64,000 bases of DNA, from NCBI GenBank assembly GCA_963662655.2, contig CAXXTU010000002.1, forward strand, positions 384,001 to 448,000, written 5' to 3'. The notes beneath the pieces were generated by a model. That model ran no database searches and was not told the DNA's origin. It worked only from the letters and a program-made list of their open reading frames with translations. The stretch's first letter is position 1. Every line of letters starts with the position of its first letter. Positions 56,300 to 64,000 of this stretch are shown here, in pieces. This DNA comes from Candidatus Cloacimonadales bacterium. GTDB taxonomy: Bacteria > Cloacimonadota > Cloacimonadia > Cloacimonadales > JAIOQZ01. A program made the position numbers and the translations under genes.

Positions 56300-57169
56300 T
56301 TAACCTCTCGGATTGATCTTGTAATGATGGTTCAGGTATGCGACCAGTTCATTCTCGCGATTTCTTCGCTCTCTCCATTCCCGCCAGTGCAGGCAGTGCT
56401 GGAACCAGTTACGGAAGAACTCCCAGACCGGAGTCGAATCCGTAACAAACAGATCGGATTCGTGGATCATGCAGAACATGGTCAGGAGGTCTTCGACTTC
56501 CGGCTGCTCCACGCTGGTGAAATCCAGTCCCGTTTTTACAGCTTTATCCAATAAATAAACGTTCGCGGAGTAGGAACGCTTCAAAAAACCTGTAATTTCA
56601 CTGATTTCGCTTTTTGTTTTCCGGCCTTCCGCATGAACGATGACGTTGGCAAAGCGATTATCCAGCATTTTCTTACGCGCCTTGTCGAAGTGATCCGGGC
56701 GTATCTCGGGTTGCGGTAAACGGCTTTCCCCCGTTGCGCCGACGAGTTGAGCGAACTGGTCGAACAGCTCAGATGCTTCCCTCGGTTTGGGGACGAACTC
56801 GATGTTGGAAACGCCATGCAAGCTCAGGAATACGGTCTCGCCGAATGGCGCTCCGGCGACCTTCTCCGCGCTCAAGTCGATGAGGATCGAGCATGAACTG
56901 CCGGGATTGAACTGGCTCAGCGGCAGTATTCTCACGTTGCAGCCAAATGGGATGGCTTCGAAGAACGGGTAGGAGAAATTCGGAAGATAGCAGCTCAGTC
57001 TGTTGAAGCCGCTGCTCAAGCGAGTGATGTGAGAAGCGCTTCGCAGGCACTGGTTGAAATCCTGCGGCATGAGGATACAAAGCTCCTTCCTTTCATCGAT
57101 AATACGGCTGAAAGGAATCGGATTGAATCGAGGTTTTGGTTGTATCAACGTTTTTAATCTGCTTATCAC
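56300..57169 (-). CDS. Hypothetical protein, weakly glycosyltransferase-family-9-like
   Basis: 289-aa ORF co-oriented 4 bp upstream of the TPR gene; ILIDLS and SDLFVTDST resemble GT9 segments. Confidence 0.5.
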   Translation of the reverse strand: MISRLKTLIQPKPRFNPIPFSRIIDERKELCILMPQDFNQCLRSASHITRLSSGFNRLSCYLPNFSYPFFEAIPFGCNVRILPLSQFNPGSSCSILIDLSAEKVAGAPFGETVFLSLHGVSNIEFVPKPREASELFDQFAQLVGATGESRLPQPEIRPDHFDKARKKMLDNRFANVIVHAEGRKTKSEISEITGFLKRSYSANVYLLDKAVKTGLDFTSVEQPEVEDLLTMFCMIHESDLFVTDSTPVWEFFRNWFQHCLHWREWRERRNRENELVAYLNHHYKINPRG

Positions 57170-57323
57170 GGATATATCTCCCGAACTGTTCGTTCAATGG
57201 CATTTTCTCGATCACGTTTGAAAATGTCCAATTTTCTTTAGAATTTAGAAAATCTTGCCACCTCGATAGAATGGCTTTCTGCAATAGAAGCTGGAGAGGA
57301 TAGCCTTATCCTTGTGAAAATAC

Positions 57324-57352
57324 TTGACATAGGCACAAGAAATGAATATGAT
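57324..57352 (+). promoter_or_regulatory. Putative sigma70 promoter
   Basis: TTGACA-17 bp-TATGAT. Confidence 0.65.
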
Positions 57353-57416
57353 TCTTTTCGTCATAGATCGTTGCTCTCAACAATAACAAGTTACTCTTAG
57401 TATGTGGGAGGTCTCC

Positions 57417-60026
57417 ATGAGAAAGTGCCTGCTTTTCACTTTTTTTGTACTCCAGATTTTTAGTTTATTGTATTCTCAAACTCGTTTAACGCTCAATTGC
57501 CCTGCTCTGAATATCACGTATGGCACCGGGCGATGTACGTGTGATGAAAAAATGGACGGCAGGATGGAACTGTCTCCTGTTACTTTCCCGGAGCCTAGAA
57601 TTGGCTGGGCTTTGTTCAACGTATCGGCCATTCCCGAAACTGCGGTTATAGACGAAGTCGTGCTACACGTTTTTCATTCGAGCCTCGGATCAGATAACTT
57701 CATATCCTACGTTCGCAAACTAACGGTCGATCCGGTTACGTCCTCCGGCTCAACGATATTCTGGTCCAAGGGCAATGGAGCAGAGTATCTCGACATCAAT
57801 GAAGAGGATGGTTTTTGCGACGAATGGACCGAACATAACTTGGGAGGCTCCATTGTGACAGACATCATCAATGCGCCCGACGGAGAGTTCGGTATTATCT
57901 TCGATCCGCATGAAACGACTGCCGGATGGGTACGTATGAACGGACACGACTCGTCTCAATCGCCCTATCTGGAGATAATTTTTACGTGTGCTGTCTCCGG
58001 CGCAGTATCAGGAACCTGGCAGCAGATTCATTCTCCCTGTTACGTTTGTGGCGACATAGAGATAAACGAGGGAGATGAGTTGATCATCGAGCCGGGTGTT
58101 GAGGTTATCTTCAACGGATACTACAAGATGACGGTTAACGGACGCCTGGAGGCGATTGGAACCGAGAGCGAAACGATCCTGTTTACGAGCGCGTCTCCAG
58201 AGGCTGAACGGTGGCATCGGATATGTTTCCTCAATCTCGATACCAACGGCCAGGATCCGAGCGTCATCGACTATTGTCAATTCCAGTACGGTGACGGAGA
58301 CTACGGCGGTCCAGGTGGTAGCTCGGAGGACGACGGCGGGGCGATCCTGTGCGAGAACTCGTCCAATCTCACGATCTCGAACAGCGTTTTCTGCTACAAC
58401 CGGGCGAATTACGGCGGGGCAATCAGTTGCCGGTACAACTCGAACATTACGATTGAACGCTGCACCTTCTACGACAACGATACATACGAGAACTCCGGTG
58501 CGATCATGTGCATCGATGCCGATCCGACCATCACCAATTGTCTGATAACCAGCAGCAGTCACTATGGATTATGGAATCAATCGGGTGCGGGACCCACGCT
58601 TGTGAACTGCATCCTGCACGACAATACCTCCGGCTCGATTTACAACCACTCTGGCTCGATATGCCACGTAACCTATTCCGATATTGAAGGCGGATGGGAA
58701 GGCACGGGGAATATCGATATCGATCCGCAGTGGGACGAAGATTATCATCTCACCTGGAGCAATTGGCCGGACCCATCCGGGAAAACGCCCTGCATCGATA
58801 CCGGAGATCCAACAATCCTGGATATCGACGGAACTCGCAGCGATATGGGGCCCTATCGCTTCCTGCATGAGACGGATATTTCCGGGACGTGGCTCGCGGA
58901 GTGGAGTCCGATCGTCATTTCGAATTACAGCGAAGTGCTCTCCGGCAGCACACTGAATATCATGCCCGGTTGCGAAATCCTCTTTGGCGGTCGCTATTCC
59001 ATCAACGTCAGAGGGAACATGCAGGCGATCGGTACGGATGAGGATCCGATCCGCTTCGACAGCAATATCGACGGCGGAACCTGGCTGCACATGGAAGTGA
59101 CGGACATAAACAGCAACCGATCCGACACGACGCGTTTCGTTCACTGTATCTTCGAGAACGGGCAGAGCGGTACGACAAACCCGGGAGGCGCATTGTATTG
59201 CAAGAACTCGGATGCGGTTCTCGTTCAGAATTGTACGATACGCTCATGTTACGGGTATCATGGAGGGGCAATGTTCCTTCTGAACTCGGATGTTATTATC
59301 GACCATTGCCTGATCCATAACAACAGTACGAGCAACCACGGGGGGGCTGTTTATTGTAACAATTGCAGCCCGAGAATCAAGTTCTGTACCATAACCGGGA
59401 ACATTTCGGGCGATTCCGGTGCCATATTCTGTTACAACAACTCTGGGCCGCACATCGAGAATTCCATTCTTTGGGGTAACACGCCCAATGAAATAACCTT
59501 CAACAACAGCGGCGCTGATTGTGCCGTGCATATTGCCTACAGCGACCTGGACGGTGGAATCGATAATATCTACACGAACTCGAACGGCACTGTATATGCG
59601 GGAGATGGGATCATCGATGCCGATCCTTTGTTCACGGGCGATTTCGGGCTTTCATGGGAAAGCTATCCGGATCAGGATGAAGCGGTTTCTCCGTGCATCG
59701 ACGCCGGCGATCCTTCTGCCGGGTACGATCCGGACGGCACCATAGCCGATCTTGGATATCTATACTTCGACCAGTACGAGTTTACGCCATTCGTTCCGGG
59801 AGACGTTCAGATTGTCGAAACGGAGGGAAACGTACAAATCACATGGCAGGCCTCGTTGGGTGCGCAGTCATATAAAGTCTACTCCGCGGATGTTCCGGAA
59901 GGACCATATTCTGTGGATGAGACCGGTTCTTATGAGGGGACGAGTTGGTCAGCGCCATTGCCGGAAGACGGTAGGAGATTCTACTATGTTAAAGGGGTTT
60001 CGCCATCCGGAGGAGAAGCAAGATAG
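57417..60026 (+). CDS. Secreted right-handed parallel beta-helix protein with two tandem modules
   Basis: Signal peptide; GGAI/GGAL repeats; two modules each running SGTW...PCIDxGDP...DGTxxDxG; GGGAGG SD. Confidence 0.82.
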   Translation: MRKCLLFTFFVLQIFSLLYSQTRLTLNCPALNITYGTGRCTCDEKMDGRMELSPVTFPEPRIGWALFNVSAIPETAVIDEVVLHVFHSSLGSDNFISYVRKLTVDPVTSSGSTIFWSKGNGAEYLDINEEDGFCDEWTEHNLGGSIVTDIINAPDGEFGIIFDPHETTAGWVRMNGHDSSQSPYLEIIFTCAVSGAVSGTWQQIHSPCYVCGDIEINEGDELIIEPGVEVIFNGYYKMTVNGRLEAIGTESETILFTSASPEAERWHRICFLNLDTNGQDPSVIDYCQFQYGDGDYGGPGGSSEDDGGAILCENSSNLTISNSVFCYNRANYGGAISCRYNSNITIERCTFYDNDTYENSGAIMCIDADPTITNCLITSSSHYGLWNQSGAGPTLVNCILHDNTSGSIYNHSGSICHVTYSDIEGGWEGTGNIDIDPQWDEDYHLTWSNWPDPSGKTPCIDTGDPTILDIDGTRSDMGPYRFLHETDISGTWLAEWSPIVISNYSEVLSGSTLNIMPGCEILFGGRYSINVRGNMQAIGTDEDPIRFDSNIDGGTWLHMEVTDINSNRSDTTRFVHCIFENGQSGTTNPGGALYCKNSDAVLVQNCTIRSCYGYHGGAMFLLNSDVIIDHCLIHNNSTSNHGGAVYCNNCSPRIKFCTITGNISGDSGAIFCYNNSGPHIENSILWGNTPNEITFNNSGADCAVHIAYSDLDGGIDNIYTNSNGTVYAGDGIIDADPLFTGDFGLSWESYPDQDEAVSPCIDAGDPSAGYDPDGTIADLGYLYFDQYEFTPFVPGDVQIVETEGNVQITWQASLGAQSYKVYSADVPEGPYSVDETGSYEGTSWSAPLPEDGRRFYYVKGVSPSGGEAR

Positions 60027-60060
60027 GGGGTAGCGGATCTGGGATCGTAAATGCAGGGAG

Positions 60061-61458
60061 TTAGATCATCATACCGGGATCGAGGATGCAGGTGTTGAAA
60101 TGGGTGAAATCGTAAGCCTTTTCCTTGAATAGCTTCAAGCAGACTCCTACAACTTCCGCGTCGTAGTGAGTGCCCTGATTCTCTTCGATTTCGCGCAGCG
60201 ATCGTTCGATGCCTTTTTCTGGCCGGTACGGACGGTGGGACGAGATGCTTTCCACCACGTCGGCCACGGAGAGGATGCGGCTTTCCAGCATGATGTCTCC
60301 GGCCTTCAGTCCATTGGGATACCCGGTGCCGTCCAGGTGTTCGTGGTGTTCGAGGATCATGTTCGCGATATTCCAGGGTAGCTCGATTTCCTTGAGGATG
60401 TCGTAGCCGATCTGCGGGTGGGTTTTAATCAGCGTGAACTCGACGTCGCTGAGTCTGCCGGGGCGATTCAGGATATCGGATGGAATGAAAATCTTGCCGA
60501 TGTCATGAATAATGCTACCGTAGTAAACCGTTTCGATCTGGTCGATGGTCAGATTCATTTCCTTGGCGATCTCGACCGCGAGGTCGGCCACACGAATCTG
60601 ATGGCCGTAAGTGTAGGGATCCTTCTTCTCGATGGTCCTGGCCAGAGATCGGATTGTCTGGACCGCCATGCTTTTGACGCGGTCCTGATCCGACAGTGGC
60701 GATGGCTGGCGATTGGTGACATTCCTGCCGGTGACCTGGTATTCGATCAGCTCCGAATCGTCGTCGTGCTTCGAATAGATCGCCTGGATCGTCCACATGT
60801 ATTCGCCTGAACCGAACGGGAAATTGATGTGGAGCTGGAGTGTTTGGCTGGGATTCTCCGGAGTGAGGGAGCGAATGATCTGGTCGATCATCGAGTGGTT
60901 TTCGACCGGCAACAACTCGTGGAAATGTTTACCGAGGATTTCCTCGCGGGTCTGGTTCAGTTCCGGTATCTGTTCGTAATTTACGAACGCCGCGTGGCCT
61001 TCGGGGGTCAGTCGGAGGTGAAACTCCGTCTTATCGCTTATGAGCTGCTGGTAGCGTTCTCGCGAGAGATCGAGCGCTTTCTCCGTGGCCCGTTGTTGTG
61101 TGATGTCCATTGCGTAGTGCATGCTGCCAACGATCAAATGATCCTGATAGAAGGGAATGATTCGGAGATGCAAGACGTGTTGGGTTTCATCCGCGATGAT
61201 CATGGGGATGTCGAATTGCTGCTCCTGCCCTTCAAAAACTCTCTTGTAGATTTGCTGGAAGAAATGCAAATTCTCCGCTGAAAAGAAGTCGAACATCTTG
61301 TACTTTTTCAGTTCATCCAGGGGAAACCCGAAGAAACCGGATGCGAGTCTGTTCGCGTACGCAAACGATCCATCGCGATTCAGTATCCATACGGCCTCGA
61401 GTACATGATCAAGAAGCTGGTTGCTCTGCTCTTTCGAATTCTCCACACACAATCCCAT
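60061..61458 (-). CDS. PAS-PAS-HD-GYP cyclic-dinucleotide phosphodiesterase
   Basis: KDPYTYGHQIRV, IHDIGKI, HHEHLDGTGYP, ADVVESISSHRPYR. Confidence 0.92.
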   Translation of the reverse strand: MGLCVENSKEQSNQLLDHVLEAVWILNRDGSFAYANRLASGFFGFPLDELKKYKMFDFFSAENLHFFQQIYKRVFEGQEQQFDIPMIIADETQHVLHLRIIPFYQDHLIVGSMHYAMDITQQRATEKALDLSRERYQQLISDKTEFHLRLTPEGHAAFVNYEQIPELNQTREEILGKHFHELLPVENHSMIDQIIRSLTPENPSQTLQLHINFPFGSGEYMWTIQAIYSKHDDDSELIEYQVTGRNVTNRQPSPLSDQDRVKSMAVQTIRSLARTIEKKDPYTYGHQIRVADLAVEIAKEMNLTIDQIETVYYGSIIHDIGKIFIPSDILNRPGRLSDVEFTLIKTHPQIGYDILKEIELPWNIANMILEHHEHLDGTGYPNGLKAGDIMLESRILSVADVVESISSHRPYRPEKGIERSLREIEENQGTHYDAEVVGVCLKLFKEKAYDFTHFNTCILDPGMMI

Positions 61459-61536
61459 TGTTTTTTATACCAATCATATCTGCACGCTTTTTTTGTCAAT
61501 GGAGACTCGCTTCCTTGAAGATGTTTAATAATGGAT

Positions 61537-61674
61537 GGCAGTTGACATCTCCGCGGGGCGGGGCGGCGGCGTAAATACCAAAGGGATTTACGAAAGCGCC
61601 GTGATGCTTTTACAATAGCATCAAAGCGCTTCGTTCGCGAAGCGAACCCGCCGCCCCGCCCCGCGGAGACTGCC
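61537..61674. repeat. Four-way-junction palindromic element (copy C)
   Basis: Perfect 22-bp IR 61548-61569/61648-61669 enclosing three contiguous hairpins. Confidence 0.85.
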
Positions 61675-61775
61675 CGACACCTGCGAGCAACCACCTCGGA
61701 GAAAATGAACGGCAGATAATATATTGACATAAAGATGACAGCAACCCACTTCTTGTGCATGCTGGAGGAAGAAGA

Positions 61776-62918
61776 ATGATCTACCATTGTCCGGTTGACG
61801 GAACGCGACTTGAAGCGAAGATCATGCACGGAGGCGGGATACACACTTGCCCCACGTGCAGCGGGGAGATGATCAATTACGCAGTACTGAAAAACGATCC
61901 TGCGCTGAAGAAAAGCGCTCAAACATTGTGGCGACAGGCCAGAAGTTCTCTTAACAACGATGGGGTAGCCTGCCCGGAATGTGGCTCGAAAATGAGCCGG
62001 ATAACGTCTGATGAGTTGGGTTGCGAGATCGACTTGTGCCTTCGGTGCCAGCTTGTGTGGTTTGATAAGTCAGAGTACGACTCGTTGCCGCGAGAAGAAA
62101 TTAAGAAGAAACCGGAAGGGATTTACGACGGCCTGGATGAAAAGACGCGGGATGTGCTGCTGCAATTCGAGCTTGATACCGTAAAAAAGAGATACAAGGA
62201 TTTCAACGATCCTACTCCGACGGGATACAAATTCTGGCTTGCATTGTTCGGATTTCCCATTGAAGACGACGATATTGTGACGGACTCAATACCGTACTGG
62301 AATTTTGGGATTGTCGGATTGTGCGTTCTTGCCTTTGTTTTGTCTCTGACGGATCTTCGGCACGCGATCATGGCGTTCGGTTTTGTTCCCTCGATGGCAC
62401 TACGATACGCAGGCGGAACGATTCTGACATCATTCTTTATGCACGCCGGCTGGTGGCACCTGATATCGAATATGTACTACCTTGTCTTCTTCGGAGACAA
62501 TGTGCAAGAAGAGCTTGGCCCAACACGGTACATCATGCTCCTTTTCTTCGGACATTTCATCGGCACGCTCCTGTATATGATACTGAGCCCGGTCAAAGAT
62601 ATCCCGTCCGTTGGTGCTAGCGCCGGGATATCGGCTGTGCTCGTTTATTACATATTTCTATTCCCCAAGTCGAGCTTCCGCTATATGTTTTTCGTGTGGA
62701 GCTTGATACCCGTTCGCGGCCAGCATGGCAGAATGTTCTACACCATACGGATAAAGGCATTCTGGTTTCTCGTGATCTGGATTGGAATACAGTTGATTAA
62801 CTCGATCCACCAAGTAAACAGCGCCGAGGGAGGTGTCAACGCAATCGCTCATCTTGGCGGAGCACTTGTTGGGCTCGGCTGGGCTTATATTACCCGCGAT
62901 GCGAGGAAAATGCAATGA
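61776..62918 (+). CDS. Rhomboid intramembrane serine protease with N-terminal zinc ribbons
   Basis: CPVD, CPTC, CPEC, CLRC; FMHAGWWHLISNM, VGASAG, AHLGG; GGAGG SD. Confidence 0.9.
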   Translation: MIYHCPVDGTRLEAKIMHGGGIHTCPTCSGEMINYAVLKNDPALKKSAQTLWRQARSSLNNDGVACPECGSKMSRITSDELGCEIDLCLRCQLVWFDKSEYDSLPREEIKKKPEGIYDGLDEKTRDVLLQFELDTVKKRYKDFNDPTPTGYKFWLALFGFPIEDDDIVTDSIPYWNFGIVGLCVLAFVLSLTDLRHAIMAFGFVPSMALRYAGGTILTSFFMHAGWWHLISNMYYLVFFGDNVQEELGPTRYIMLLFFGHFIGTLLYMILSPVKDIPSVGASAGISAVLVYYIFLFPKSSFRYMFFVWSLIPVRGQHGRMFYTIRIKAFWFLVIWIGIQLINSIHQVNSAEGGVNAIAHLGGALVGLGWAYITRDARKMQ

Positions 62919-63004
62919 GTGGACGAGCATCGAGATAATTCCGTCTCTTTTTCATTGACAACATGGTTTGAGATTTGAATAGTTTCGCTTAAAGGAATGA
63001 TGAT

Positions 63005-63388
63005 ATGCGCAAAATTACATTGGTTCTCTTGATCACTATAATCGTAATTCTTACAGCTTGTAAGGAAAAACCCAGGAAAATTGATCCGGCAAAAAGGATT
63101 ACAGATCAACTTATAAGCTCATGGCAGGAAGTCGGCGGAATGGACACGATAATCAAGTTCTCGGATGACGGGAAAATCTTCACTGTCAGCGGAGAAGAGA
63201 CCGGTACTTGGTCCGTGGAAACGCCCAATGTTTTAGTACGGCAAACATGGGGTATCGCAACGCGCGACAAGGTTCATTTCACCAGTGTAAATGATCTCGA
63301 GCTCACAAGATTGGAGACCAAAGACAGCGAAGGCAACGTGATTGACGGAGACATGACAGTAACGAACTATCGAAGAATTACGGATTGA
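63005..63388 (+). CDS. Hypothetical lipoprotein
   Basis: Lipobox LTAC; beta-rich mature region. Confidence 0.7.
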   Translation: MRKITLVLLITIIVILTACKEKPRKIDPAKRITDQLISSWQEVGGMDTIIKFSDDGKIFTVSGEETGTWSVETPNVLVRQTWGIATRDKVHFTSVNDLELTRLETKDSEGNVIDGDMTVTNYRRITD

Positions 63389-63391
63389 ATA

Positions 63392-63772
63392 CTACCGCAA
63401 CCAGAAGCGGAACATGTAGAACGCTGCGCCTAGCAGAGAGACAACGCCAAGTAAAACCAGCGAAAGGCTGTACCGATCCCTTTTCCTGCGATGCCTTTTC
63501 GCGTTGATGAGAAGACCGATTACGCTCAGAATCACACCGAAAATCATGATGTAGAATATGTAAAGAGTCATCTGATAATCCCAAATCGAAACGCCGGAAA
63601 CATGGAAGAAGCGATCAAAGAAAGTGATCATGTGAGGCTTCGCCAGGTCGAACAAGACCAGCGATATTAACATCAGTACCCATCCAATAACGCTGAGCCA
63701 GGAGATCATTTTAAACCAGACATCCGGCCCGGAACGCCTTTCGCCTCTTTTATCGTAACTGTAATTCTTCAT
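63392..63772 (-). CDS. Hypothetical membrane protein (3 predicted TM helices)
   Basis: GGAGG SD before ATG 63772; three hydrophobic segments; ERRSGPD and RHRRKRD motifs. Confidence 0.7.
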   Translation of the reverse strand: MKNYSYDKRGERRSGPDVWFKMISWLSVIGWVLMLISLVLFDLAKPHMITFFDRFFHVSGVSIWDYQMTLYIFYIMIFGVILSVIGLLINAKRHRRKRDRYSLSLVLLGVVSLLGAAFYMFRFWLR

Positions 63773-64000
63773 CTGCTCAACCTCCGTTATGCCAGAACGA
63801 ATAAAAGCGATATTCTTTTTCACCCGTCAAGCGTTTTCTGAAGGAATTGATAATCGGAGAGGTGGGACATGTTACCCGATGTCCGGCGTGGCATCTTCGT
63901 CCAATCGCGCCACTCCATCGTGGATATAGCACACCGTCGGGACTATCGAACGTAAGATTACGGAGTGCAACACCACGTCTGCGTGGCGGATTGAACGAAT

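Noticed and set aside
1..64000. CRISPR array, cas genes, transposases, prophage genes, rRNA
   Set aside because: No regularly spaced direct repeats or diagnostic motifs seen by eye

Overview
Bacterial chromosomal window of moderate GC with AT-rich intergenic tracts. Gene content (several proteins with C-terminal YPNPFN/FlgD-type sorting domains, an [FeFe]-hydrogenase operon, outer-membrane barrels) suggests an anaerobic diderm of the FCB neighbourhood, most plausibly Cloacimonadota (inference). Housekeeping: AddAB-like helicase/nuclease pair, RRM protein, rimO, YgiQ-type radical SAM, udk, TrmJ-like methyltransferase, HU, dnaN, recF (no dnaA or gyrB beside them) and tRNA-Gly(CCC). Most notable observations: (1) intergenic elements that fold into near-perfect four-way junctions (46.2 kb and 61.5 kb, sharing a GC-rich arm and a GCGAAGC mini-hairpin), plus other large branched or rod-like folds at 9.0 kb and 30.2-30.6 kb; (2) a hydrogenase operon with one HydA but two HydB/HydC modules, one with bifurcating-type and one with non-bifurcating-type signatures, plus a cysteine-free HydD/HndB-like subunit; (3) two sensor proteins that end in an H-box DHp domain and a shared short tail, with no ATPase domain; (4) a low-GC HEPN-motif gene apparently broken by an in-frame TAA. 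I saw no CRISPR array, integrase, transposase or reverse transcriptase. All calls come from reading the sequence by eye; no searches or folding programs were run.
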